A DNA stretch of 48,358 nucleotides from Candidatus Diapherotrites archaeon ADurb.Bin253 (GTDB lineage: Archaea; Nanobdellota; Nanobdellia; Pacearchaeales; GW2011-AR1). Where the stretch lies: contig MWBV01000004.1 of the NCBI GenBank assembly GCA_002069705.1, positions 1 through 48,358 on the forward strand, in the 5' to 3' direction. The position numbers were made by a program, and so were the translations under genes. How positions within the stretch are numbered: the first letter of the stretch is position 1; each line of letters begins with the position of its first letter. A model generated the notes under the pieces. The model made no database searches and was not told the origin of the DNA. It saw nothing but the letters and a program-made list of their open reading frames with translations. Shown here in pieces: positions 32,930-42,093 of this stretch.

Positions 32930-34300
32930 TTAAGTTGGTCTTGGGTTATAAGAGGTTATTAATTTTATGAAATATTCTAGTTTTTCTTTTACTTTCAATT
33001 GTATTATTGCCTTAGAAGTTTCAACTTGTCTAACTTCTTTTAATTTTGGTAATATAAATATTGAAGGTAAAATTCTTAATACTGTACTTAAAAGAAATAC
33101 AGAGAGTATTGCTCCTAATCCAAATATAGAAAATGATGCTGAACCTGAAAGTTGTCCTCCAATCAATCCTCCTAAAAATGAACCTATTGAATTAACAAAT
33201 CCAAAATAAGTGAAACAGAGTATTATCTTTGGCTTTGTTACTGCATCATAAATGAAGTTAGATACTGAGAGATTATATGCTGCCCATACAAACCCTGAAA
33301 AGAATTCAACTGCAAAAAGATACCTTATTAAAACCCATTGTGGAGAGTTCATCAATAATAACGAAGCTATCCATAATAAAGGCACAAATGAAATCAAGAA
33401 TCCTGATATTTTCATAACTTTAACTGTTCCATACTTATCGATTTTTTTTCCTATAAATGAAAGGAAAAATATAGGCGAGACAAGTGAACTTAAAACTATT
33501 AAAGTGAATGCAAAATAAGAAAGCTGTAATTCTTTTAACATATATACTGAAAAAAACGGAGATGCTATTACAACAGCAAAAGACATCAAAGATGTAAATA
33601 TAACAAATCTTCCAAAATTATTAGAATGCATTTTTTTTGCAAATTGTAAAAAGCTGAAAAATGCTTTATCGTCTCTTGTTGGTTGTGGTTCATACTGCTT
33701 TTTTAAGAAATGAAATGAAAAATATCTTCCTATTGCAGCTAAAGAGAAAAGTAAAATAAATCCTAAGAAAACTTTTTCTTCTTTAAAAGAATCAAGTATA
33801 ATACTTGCTGTAATCATGCTTATTGCTATAACAAATCCATTTATCCTACTCCTTTTACTGAAAAATTCTCCTCTATTTGTTTCAACTAAGTCCTGCATCC
33901 ATGAAGTCCAGGCAGGAGAGGCAATTAACCCTGAGATTATTATTATTGAATAACATATTATCAAAAATAATGAAGCATAAATTAGTTTTAATTGAAAAAA
34001 GAAATATGCAACTCCAACCAAAAGCAGGGGTATCCAGAAAAATGCCTGAATGAATATGAAAGGCAAAACCATATTCTTTCTAGATTTTTTGTAATAAGCT
34101 TTACTTAAAAAAATTCTTAATATATTTGCAATAAGAGTTGGAAGAACTTCTAATATACCTATTAATTTGTTTGAGAGTCCTAATGAAAGTGCATAAGGAG
34201 TTATGTATTTTAACCCCATACCTTCCATTACACTAGAAGAAGCACCATCTTTGAGACTATATTTCTTTCCTTGTTCCTTCAATAATCTTTCTTCTTCCAT
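32930..34300 (-). CDS. MFS transporter (about 12 TM)
   Basis: 456 aa with about 12 hydrophobic helices; PAWTSWMQDLV...RG and GKKIDKYG (MFS motif A-like). Confidence 0.9.
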   Translation of the reverse strand: MEEERLLKEQGKKYSLKDGASSSVMEGMGLKYITPYALSLGLSNKLIGILEVLPTLIANILRIFLSKAYYKKSRKNMVLPFIFIQAFFWIPLLLVGVAYFFFQLKLIYASLFLIICYSIIIISGLIASPAWTSWMQDLVETNRGEFFSKRSRINGFVIAISMITASIILDSFKEEKVFLGFILLFSLAAIGRYFSFHFLKKQYEPQPTRDDKAFFSFLQFAKKMHSNNFGRFVIFTSLMSFAVVIASPFFSVYMLKELQLSYFAFTLIVLSSLVSPIFFLSFIGKKIDKYGTVKVMKISGFLISFVPLLWIASLLLMNSPQWVLIRYLFAVEFFSGFVWAAYNLSVSNFIYDAVTKPKIILCFTYFGFVNSIGSFLGGLIGGQLSGSASFSIFGLGAILSVFLLSTVLRILPSIFILPKLKEVRQVETSKAIIQLKVKEKLEYFIKLITSYNPRPT

Positions 34301-34372
34301 ATATTTCCATATCCATCCTTCCCTCCTCGGTTAATAAGTCTGAGAAATAGATAAATTGTATTATTTAAAAAC

Positions 34373-35197
34373 CTATCTCGTGATATCAGAAGTCTTTTTC
34401 CATTGAATATAATTCTTTTCAAGTATATCTATTACAGCTTGTCTTTGTTCACTTTTACCTAATCCTTTCCAATCCAAGACAACAAAATCTACTGGTTCCA
34501 CTGTTTTTTTTATTGTTTCAAGAATAAATGTTTCTGATATTGGCATAACATACTCTGGAATTATGTGGGCAAAAGCAACATTTGATTTTAATTGAAGCTT
34601 ATTAAAACCAGGGCAATAATGCGGTCCTCCTAAACCTACTGCTATTTCTCTATATTTGTTTTCTTGAAATTCTTCTATTGTCTCTTTTATTGTTTTTGCA
34701 AGTATGAATCCTGCTCTTCTGTCTACCCATTCTGTTTCAGTTGAACCTATTTCAATGAAAACACAGGGTTTGGAAATTAATGGACCGTGATGAGTGCATT
34801 CAAGAGTTACCTTGTAATCTAAAGAGGCATTCTCTGCATTTTCTTGAAGCTTTGTGAACAAAAGTTTATTGAATAATGCAGAAGCTGGACAGACTTTTTC
34901 TGGTTCTCCTCCAAAATCTGCAGTTCTAAAATTTCCAGGAGCATGAACAGACAAACTCTTTTCTTTTTTCTCTGATTGATGTTTTGAAGCAAATATTATT
35001 AAGTCATATTGATTTATTTTTTCCAAATCCAAATTATTCGTATATATTGTTTCTTCTTCAACAAAATATAAATCAAAACTAGGTTTATTTCCCCATGATG
35101 ATAAAAGAGGATTTTCTCTAAATTGAGAAAGATGATTTGTAATATTCATGCCAGCTTTATCTTTTTTACTTGCTAGGACCAAGTATTTTTGAAACAT
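34373..35197 (-). CDS. dtdA: D-aminoacyl-tRNA deacylase, archaeal DTD2 type
   Basis: FASKHQS, LSVHAPGN, TLECTHHGP, FIEIGSTE and GLGGPHY. Confidence 0.93.
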   Translation of the reverse strand: MFQKYLVLASKKDKAGMNITNHLSQFRENPLLSSWGNKPSFDLYFVEEETIYTNNLDLEKINQYDLIIFASKHQSEKKEKSLSVHAPGNFRTADFGGEPEKVCPASALFNKLLFTKLQENAENASLDYKVTLECTHHGPLISKPCVFIEIGSTETEWVDRRAGFILAKTIKETIEEFQENKYREIAVGLGGPHYCPGFNKLQLKSNVAFAHIIPEYVMPISETFILETIKKTVEPVDFVVLDWKGLGKSEQRQAVIDILEKNYIQWKKTSDITR

Positions 35198-35251
35198 AGA
35201 AGTAAAATAAACAAACCATTTAAATTATTTTTGATTATAAAATTCAACAAT

Positions 35252-35557
35252 TTATCTATATTTATCACAGAATTCTTCTTGTACTTTTGCAAGATGATTC
35301 TTAAATTCTTTAAATTGTTCAAAGTATTCCTTGGAATGTGTATTATAAGATTCTAATGAATCTAAGAGATTTTTTGCTTTATTTAATTTTCCTATTAAAT
35401 CTCCATTAAAACCTTCTTGTCTAAATAAATATTCTAAATCGTCAAATTTATCTAGTGCAGCTGTTGGATGAAGTTCTCTGCAATCAGAAACTATTTCCAA
35501 AAAATACTCCACTGCTTTATCCTTTGGACTGAAACCCTCATATCTTCTATATACCAT
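35252..35557 (-). CDS. Hypothetical protein
   Basis: 101-aa ATG-started helical ORF. Confidence 0.6.
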   Translation of the reverse strand: MVYRRYEGFSPKDKAVEYFLEIVSDCRELHPTAALDKFDDLEYLFRQEGFNGDLIGKLNKAKNLLDSLESYNTHSKEYFEQFKEFKNHLAKVQEEFCDKYR

Positions 35558-35647
35558 ATTAGATTTTAGTGAAACACTCTTTTTTATGTATGTGTACTAA
35601 TATAATAACTTTTTTAAAGTATTCTATACAGGAAAATAAACAATAAA

Positions 35648-35902
35648 ATGAAAAATAAACAAGAAAATATGGTTAAAATAACATACAAAGATAAAGTTGA
35701 AAGAATATATGGCATTTTAGAAGAATGTGAAGCAAAGGGTAATGCTGAAAGAGAAAGTTCTATAAAATTACTTCAAGAATCTTTCTCATTGTATAATGAG
35801 GTAATATCTTTTAAAGGGACTAGATATTGTTCAAGAAATTTATCTGATGTTCCAACGAGAATAAATAACCTTGTAACAAAATTAATGGAATATAATTCTT
35901 AA
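35648..35902 (+). CDS. Hypothetical protein
   Basis: 84-aa ATG-started ORF divergent from the previous one. Confidence 0.55.
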   Translation: MKNKQENMVKITYKDKVERIYGILEECEAKGNAERESSIKLLQESFSLYNEVISFKGTRYCSRNLSDVPTRINNLVTKLMEYNS

Positions 35903-35948
35903 ACTAATATAAAAAATAAAAAGGAGATTAAAGAAAAATAAAGTTCTC

Positions 35949-36134
35949 CTATTTTCTATTAACAAAATAATAAACTATTGCAGTGATTATGCTAAATACT
36001 ATTGCTACAACTGTCCAGAGTATTTTATACCCACTTGACATTTTTTTCTGATTTGCCCAGACATCATAAATAACCCAGACAGCACAGATTAAAGCAACAA
36101 TACCAACTAAAGTTCCTCCAATTCCTAATGCCAT
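35949..36134 (-). CDS. Small two-TM membrane protein (PLDc_N-like)
   Basis: W.IYDVW......K.LW.V......I.AIVYYF pattern; AGGAGGT Shine-Dalgarno-like site upstream. Confidence 0.75.
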   Translation of the reverse strand: MALGIGGTLVGIVALICAVWVIYDVWANQKKMSSGYKILWTVVAIVFSIITAIVYYFVNRK

Positions 36135-36215
36135 ATTATACCTCCTAAAATAATTAAATAAGGAGTGTATTTAAAATTATGTTAAATATAAAAAGTGTTT
36201 TTTACTTAGAAAAAG

Positions 36216-36857
36216 ATGGGAATAATATCAGAAATACTAGGACAGATAGCACTATTTTGTATTAGTGCTATTTCTTCAATGGGTTATTTAGGCATTGGAT
36301 TTTTAATGATTCTCGAAAGTATGATTTTTCCAATTCCTTCAGAATTAGTTATGCCTTTTGCTGGTTTTTTAATTGCAGAAGGTAAAATGACTTTCTTTTG
36401 GGTTGTATTTTCTTCTATAATTGGGAGTTTAATTGGTTCTTTGTTGTCTTATTATATTGGATTTAAGGGAGGAAAGAAATTCCTTGTTAAATATGGAAAA
36501 TATTTTTTATTGAATGAAGAACATTTAGCTAAAACAGAAAAATGGTTTTCTAAAAAAGGTGAATTAACCATATTTATTGGAAGATTTATACCTATTGTAA
36601 GACATTTTATTTCAATACCTGCTGGATTTGGAAGAATGAATCTTAAAAGATTTATTTTGTATACTGCAATAGGAGCAGGAATATGGAACTCATTTTTAAT
36701 GTATATTGGATTTGTTCTAGGAAATAATTGGGAGAGTATAAGCCATTATTCTGATTATTTATCTTGGGGTGTTTTGATAATTTTGATTATAATTGGGATT
36801 TATTTTGTTGTAAAAAGATTAAACAAGAAATCAAGAAAATATAAAAAGCATAGATAA
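36216..36857 (+). CDS. DedA family membrane protein
   Basis: LESMIFPIPSELVMPFAG, F.K.G...IFIGRFIP.VR..ISIPAG and F..YT..GA.IW. Confidence 0.93.
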   Translation: MGIISEILGQIALFCISAISSMGYLGIGFLMILESMIFPIPSELVMPFAGFLIAEGKMTFFWVVFSSIIGSLIGSLLSYYIGFKGGKKFLVKYGKYFLLNEEHLAKTEKWFSKKGELTIFIGRFIPIVRHFISIPAGFGRMNLKRFILYTAIGAGIWNSFLMYIGFVLGNNWESISHYSDYLSWGVLIILIIIGIYFVVKRLNKKSRKYKKHR

Positions 36858-36868
36858 TAATATAATTT

Positions 36869-37144
36869 ATGAATGAGGTGATTAAATTAGCTTTAGGAAT
36901 TTTTGTTCTTATATTGGGGATACCTATAGGAAATGTTCTTGCAAGAAATACTCCTGAAGAACTTAAAGATGGTAGAAAGTGGTTTTATTTGATTATACTT
37001 GTGTGCTTTGTTGGAGCAATAGTGAGTTTAATAATTAGAAATGATGCTCTACTATTTACTTTTCTTTTTATTGCAATTGTAACTTCAAGGAGCATAAAAA
37101 AAGATAAGAAAGAAGTTAAGAGAAGAAGGAAAAGTAAAAAGTGA
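36869..37144 (+). CDS. Small membrane protein (about 3 TM)
   Basis: Three hydrophobic segments and a basic tail. Confidence 0.65.
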   Translation: MNEVIKLALGIFVLILGIPIGNVLARNTPEELKDGRKWFYLIILVCFVGAIVSLIIRNDALLFTFLFIAIVTSRSIKKDKKEVKRRRKSKK

Positions 37145-37186
37145 TATATTGATTAATCTTAAAAACTCTTTTTTGTTTTTGTTTAT

Positions 37187-37996
37187 ATGGGAAGTATAAA
37201 AATAGGTCCAACTGGTTTAGGAAGTGTCAGAGAAAGTGAAAAAACACTTCAAGAATTCTCAAAAAACGGATTCAATAATTGTGAAGTTCTTTTTGTACAG
37301 AAAGTTTATATAGATAAAGAAGAAGCTAAAGAAATAAAAGAATTTGCAAAGAAAAATAAAATTGATTTAAGTGTTCATGCTCAATATTTTATTAATTTAA
37401 ATTCTGAAGAAAAAGAGAAAGTTCATGCAAGTATACAAAGAATCTTAAAATGTTGTGAAATAGGGCATGAATTAGGTGCTAAGAGTATTGTCTTTCATCC
37501 GGGGTTTTATGGAAAAGAATTTCAAAAAACTAAAACATTAGAAGACAAAAAAAGAGTTGAAGAAGAAACATTCCAGAATATTAAAAAAAGGGTTCTTGAA
37601 ATCATGGAAACAATTGAAAAAAAGAAATGGAATGTTGAACTCTGTCCTGAAACTATGGGTAAGGTAAATGTTTTTGGGAGTCCTGAGGAAATTTCAAGAT
37701 TAGTTAAAGAAACTGGATGTAGTTTTTGTATTGATTTTGCCCATATTTTAGCAAGAGAAAAAAAAGTTGATTATGAAAAAATAAAAAGATTATTTCCACA
37801 GAAAAAATGGCATTGCCATTTTTCAGGAATAGAGTATGGTGATAAAGGAGAAAGAAATCATATTAGAGTTGAGAAAAAACAATGGAAAGAATTGTTTGAA
37901 AACTTGCCTAAAGATAAAGATATAACAATTGTATGCGAGAGTCCTTATTCTGTTGAAGATTGCATTGAAGGATTGAAAGTTCTAAATGACAAATAA
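37187..37996 (+). CDS. nfo: Endonuclease IV-like AP endonuclease (TIM barrel)
   Basis: Metal-ligand motifs SVHAQYFINLNS, VFHPG, ETMG, CIDFAH, HCHFSG and ESP. Confidence 0.88.
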   Translation: MGSIKIGPTGLGSVRESEKTLQEFSKNGFNNCEVLFVQKVYIDKEEAKEIKEFAKKNKIDLSVHAQYFINLNSEEKEKVHASIQRILKCCEIGHELGAKSIVFHPGFYGKEFQKTKTLEDKKRVEEETFQNIKKRVLEIMETIEKKKWNVELCPETMGKVNVFGSPEEISRLVKETGCSFCIDFAHILAREKKVDYEKIKRLFPQKKWHCHFSGIEYGDKGERNHIRVEKKQWKELFENLPKDKDITIVCESPYSVEDCIEGLKVLNDK

Positions 37997-38053
37997 ATAA
38001 ACCTTGTACTAGAAATATTTATAAGTTCAAAAATCTTGAATAATTTGTAAAAA

Positions 38054-38662
38054 ATGGTGAAAGAACCTTACTATAAATCTAGGAAAGGGAATGAAGAATT
38101 TAGTAAAAGAAAACACATGGCTTCGCTTGCTAAATATAATCCTCTTAGTGCTTATGGAATAGCTAGAAAGATAGATACTCCTTCTTCTAGTAGAGGAGAT
38201 AGTGTGGAAATAAGAGAAGAGAAATATACTTTTGGATTAGCTTCAATGGACGAAAAAATACGTTCAGGAGATTTGAGAGAAGCGTATTTTACATTTTTAA
38301 ACCTTCAAAAAAGATTGGACCAAGAACAAATAATGCCTAAAGACAAAGTTGAAAAATATCAGGAAGCTTTAGCAAGAAGAGGTTCTAGATTGATTACAAA
38401 ATCAAATAAATCAGAAAACTATTTTGAAGACAATAAAGTAATTTTGAAATATTGTAAGAAACATCTCAAAAAAAATAAATCTTCTGGACTTGAAAAAGCA
38501 ATAACAATTATTTCCTTAGGTTCAATGATATTGGGAGTTGCAATAGGATATCCTGCATTAACAGGTAATGCGATTGCAGATGTTGTTAGCGGTTCTGTTA
38601 TACATGGTGCAGCATTATTTTTCTTAGGACTTCTTGGAGTTTTTTTAGCTAACAAGAAATAA
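38054..38662 (+). CDS. Hypothetical protein with a C-terminal TM hairpin
   Basis: Soluble N-terminus followed by two TM helices joined by ALTGNAIA. Confidence 0.7.
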   Translation: MVKEPYYKSRKGNEEFSKRKHMASLAKYNPLSAYGIARKIDTPSSSRGDSVEIREEKYTFGLASMDEKIRSGDLREAYFTFLNLQKRLDQEQIMPKDKVEKYQEALARRGSRLITKSNKSENYFEDNKVILKYCKKHLKKNKSSGLEKAITIISLGSMILGVAIGYPALTGNAIADVVSGSVIHGAALFFLGLLGVFLANKK

Positions 38663-38667
38663 AATAT

Positions 38668-39072
38668 TTAAGACAGAATTTTTTCAAGCTTTTTAAATGA
38701 CTGGATTCTTTCTGCTTCATTTAATACATCTTTCATTTCTTCTTCTCGTTTATTTTTTTCAATTTGTTCTTGGGCTTCAAAAATCATAACTTCCTCTTCA
38801 TGTTTCTTCCATTCAAAGTATTTTCTATGAAGAAGATTATAACACTCTTCTACTTTTTTATCTCCTTCTTTATTTCTTTCATTATAAACAAATTTTTGGA
38901 GAGGAACTATGTTTCCTTGTTCAAAGATAGTTAATTCATACATCTCACTAAAAAGATTATGAGAATAAAAATAAAAATCCTTCTTTTTTATCATAAAACC
39001 CTTCCATATTTTTTCAACATTACTTGGATTTGTTTTATTGAATAACTTCAGAATTCTTCCTATTTCAACCAT
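38668..39072 (-). CDS. Hypothetical protein
   Basis: 134-aa ATG-started ORF with a charged C-terminal helix. Confidence 0.6.
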   Translation of the reverse strand: MVEIGRILKLFNKTNPSNVEKIWKGFMIKKKDFYFYSHNLFSEMYELTIFEQGNIVPLQKFVYNERNKEGDKKVEECYNLLHRKYFEWKKHEEEVMIFEAQEQIEKNKREEEMKDVLNEAERIQSFKKLEKILS

Positions 39073-39132
39073 AAAAAAGAATACTCCAAGAAATTTATAA
39101 ATATTATTACGATAAAAAATTATTGTTATAAA

Positions 39133-39885
39133 TTAAGCCACTTCCAAAAAAGTTAATCCATACATTATTAGAATTCCTAATATAATCCCTATAATCTTAT
39201 TTATTGAAAAATGTTTTTCTTGATTTTTATGCAGTTCTGGAATTAAATCACTACCAGCAATATATAAGAAACCTCCTGCTGCAATAGGTATTGCGATTAA
39301 TGCAAACATATCACTGCTACCTGCAAATAAAATTCCTACAATTGCACCAAGAACTGCTGTTAAAGCTGAAAGGAAATTAAAGAAAAGGGCTTTCTTTTTA
39401 GAATATCCTGCATAAATCAAAACTCCGAAATCTCCTATTTCTTGAGGTATTTCATGAAGGATGACTGCAAGAGTTGTTACAATTCCAAGAGGTATATTTA
39501 TGAAATATGCTGCCGCAATAACCAAACCATCTAGAAAATTATGAAAGCCATCTCCTATAATGTTCATTATACCCAAGGAATGTGGATGAGATTTTGATGT
39601 TGGAATATGACAATGTCTCCATTGTATAGCATGTTCAATTATGAAAAACAAAATTACTCCCAAGAGTACAAGAGAAGAAGTTATTAATCCTGAACTTGAT
39701 TTTTCAAATGATTCTGGTATTAAATGCAAAAATGCTCCCCCTAAAAGAGAACCTGCTGAAAGTGAAACAAGAAATAAAATTATTTTGTTGAGTTTGTCTT
39801 TTTTCAATAAAACAAAAAATATTCCTACAAGAGAGATTAATGATACTATTATTACACTTAGGATTGAATACACCTCTGGTTTCAT
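39133..39885 (-). CDS. ZIP-family divalent metal (zinc) transporter
   Basis: GGAFLHLIPE, His-rich loop, GDGFHNFLDG, LHEIPQEIGDF and DLIPELH. Confidence 0.93.
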   Translation of the reverse strand: MKPEVYSILSVIIVSLISLVGIFFVLLKKDKLNKIILFLVSLSAGSLLGGAFLHLIPESFEKSSSGLITSSLVLLGVILFFIIEHAIQWRHCHIPTSKSHPHSLGIMNIIGDGFHNFLDGLVIAAAYFINIPLGIVTTLAVILHEIPQEIGDFGVLIYAGYSKKKALFFNFLSALTAVLGAIVGILFAGSSDMFALIAIPIAAGGFLYIAGSDLIPELHKNQEKHFSINKIIGIILGILIMYGLTFLEVA

Positions 39886-39977
39886 TGAAATAATAGAAAG
39901 AAAGGGTTTTTAAGATTAAGCTTTGAAACTAAATTCCTATTAATAAATAATATAAACCTTATTTTTATAATTATATT

Positions 39978-40694
39978 ATGTTATATTTAATTGGATTAGG
40001 ATTAAATGAGAAAAGTTTGTCTAAAGAAGCAATTGAAATAATCAAAAGATGCAAGAAAGTTTATCTTGAGGATTATACTGTAGATTTTCCTTACACTCAT
40101 CAGGCACTTATTGATGAAATTGGAAAAAAGTTCGTTACTGCAGATAGAGAAAAGGTTGAGAGCCTTGAGATTGTAGATGAGGCAAAAAAAATGGATGTTG
40201 CTTTGCTTGTTTATGGAAGCCCTCTAACTGCTACAACCCACGTAACCCTTATTGAAGAAGCAATTTTATCTGGGATTAAATACAGAATTATAAATAATGC
40301 ATCTGTTCTGGATGGAATTGCAGAAACAGGATTACAAGTATACAAATTTGGTAAAATAACTTCTTTACCAGAATGGAAAAAATCTTATGAACCTGATAGT
40401 TTTATGGAAATTGTGAAAGAAAACCAATCCATAAAAGCACATACACTTCTTCTTGTGGATATTGGATTGGATATTAAAAAGGCAATTGAACAGCTGGAAA
40501 AAGCAGCAAAAAAACATAATTTTAAACTTTTTAAGTTAATTATTTGTCAAGCACTTGGAACAAAAAAACAAAAAATAATTTACAAAGACATAGAAAAAAT
40601 AAAAGAATTTACAAATGTTCAAAAACCTTATTGCATAATCATTCCTGGAGAGCTTCACTTTATGGAAAAGAAGATGCTTGAAGGATTTAGTTAA
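39978..40694 (+). CDS. dph5: Diphthine synthase
   Basis: MLYLIGLGL, VYLE.YT, DRE.VE, LLV.G.PL.ATTH, YKFGK, HTLLL.D and IIIPG.LHF.E. Confidence 0.93.
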   Translation: MLYLIGLGLNEKSLSKEAIEIIKRCKKVYLEDYTVDFPYTHQALIDEIGKKFVTADREKVESLEIVDEAKKMDVALLVYGSPLTATTHVTLIEEAILSGIKYRIINNASVLDGIAETGLQVYKFGKITSLPEWKKSYEPDSFMEIVKENQSIKAHTLLLVDIGLDIKKAIEQLEKAAKKHNFKLFKLIICQALGTKKQKIIYKDIEKIKEFTNVQKPYCIIIPGELHFMEKKMLEGFS

Positions 40695-40711
40695 TATTCT
40701 TAATTATATAT

Positions 40712-41038
40712 CTACAACCAAGATAAAACTGTATCATCTATATTTAGTGTAGATAATTTAGACAAATTTATATCTAATTTTTCTTTAACTTTGTTTGGAG
40801 ATAAAAAATCAGTGATAACCCTCATTGGCGGATTTATATTTTCAAACATGTGATTGTATAAATTTATTTTAATTCTTTCCAACTTATTTTTAGGCATTGT
40901 AGCATATTCAAAATTATTCATACCTCCATAAACAAAACAAGAATATCTATCATTAAGTATGTCTGTCAACCTTTTGTAGAATAAATGCCTCTCTTCATCA
41001 GACAAAGAATCTAATCTAGGTAATAAATAATTGTCCAT
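40712..41038 (-). CDS. Hypothetical protein
   Basis: 108-aa ATG-started ORF convergent with dph5. Confidence 0.55.
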   Translation of the reverse strand: MDNYLLPRLDSLSDEERHLFYKRLTDILNDRYSCFVYGGMNNFEYATMPKNKLERIKINLYNHMFENINPPMRVITDFLSPNKVKEKLDINLSKLSTLNIDDTVLSWL

Positions 41039-41127
41039 TCTTAAGTATAAAATAAAATTTGTTTTTAAATACTATTATAATTGATTTAACAAAAACTTTT
41101 AAAATTGTATTTGCCTTAATAAGATAT

Positions 41128-42039
41128 ATGAATAAAATGAAAATATTAGGATTAATTTTTGTGTTCCTCTCTATGATTTTGTCTTTGGCAAATATATTCT
41201 CTGTTAAGATAACAGGAGCAATAATTGGTATTGGTGTTAAAAGTTCTTTAATTACAATATTTACATTAGTTTTTTTGTTTCTTGGAATTTTCTTTTTAGG
41301 TAATTTAGAAAAAAAAGTTTCCAATTGGGTTAAAGCTGCCGCAATTGCAGGAAGCATTGGCCTTATTGCAGCTCCAGCTTATCATGCAAGAAAAGATAAA
41401 CTAAAAAAAAGAACCAAAGAGAATGTTGAAATAAATAAAGAAGTAAAAGTTGTTTCTCCATATATGACTACACAAGGAAGATTTGAAAGAACTTACAGAT
41501 GGGATAAGATATTAGATGAAATTGAAGATAAATATGAATTACCAAGAGGAATATTAAAAGGACTTGTCATGAGAGAGAGCTATGGAGACCCTTTAAGATT
41601 AAATGCTATGGGAGATGGTGGAGCAGGATTGTTTATGTTTCAACCAAGAACAGCAAAGGCTTATGGATTAAAGGTTCATGGAACTTCTGACAGGTCTAGT
41701 GCAGACAAAGTCCACGGGGCTGAATTAAAGGAATTGGTTAAAAAGCATAATTATGATTATGGAAAATTAGCTGTGATAGATGAACGATTTGATGTAAGAA
41801 AATCTGCAGAAGCAGCAGCAAAATACCTTAGAGATGATTTCAAGAGATATGGTTCTTGGGATAAGGCCCTATCAGCATATAACCAAGGGAAACCTGCCCC
41901 GAATGCATCTGAAACAAAACATGTTAAAGCAGTTAGAGAATATCAAGCATACTATAATGAAAGAGATAAAAAAGATCATAAATATTCAACGCAGAAAACA
42001 AACACTAAATCAAAGGCTAAAAGGCAAAGAAAAAGGTAA
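41128..42039 (+). CDS. Membrane-anchored lytic transglycosylase (SLT domain)
   Basis: L..L...ES (RES, catalytic Glu), GGAGLFMF.P.TA, DERFDV, A.YL and ALSAYNQG are the SLT motifs. The N-terminus has 2-3 hydrophobic helices. Start probably at 41128 or 41137. Confidence 0.88.
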   Translation: MNKMKILGLIFVFLSMILSLANIFSVKITGAIIGIGVKSSLITIFTLVFLFLGIFFLGNLEKKVSNWVKAAAIAGSIGLIAAPAYHARKDKLKKRTKENVEINKEVKVVSPYMTTQGRFERTYRWDKILDEIEDKYELPRGILKGLVMRESYGDPLRLNAMGDGGAGLFMFQPRTAKAYGLKVHGTSDRSSADKVHGAELKELVKKHNYDYGKLAVIDERFDVRKSAEAAAKYLRDDFKRYGSWDKALSAYNQGKPAPNASETKHVKAVREYQAYYNERDKKDHKYSTQKTNTKSKAKRQRKR

Positions 42040-42093
42040 GTTTTGATTTTCAAAAATCTTAAAAACTAATCACTCTATTAAGTTTAAGTAAAA

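Noticed and set aside
39133-40694. Functional link between the ZIP transporter, dph5 and the zinc-hook SMC
   Set aside because: The genes are divergent or about 12 kb away from smc, with no shared motif; proximity alone is not evidence.
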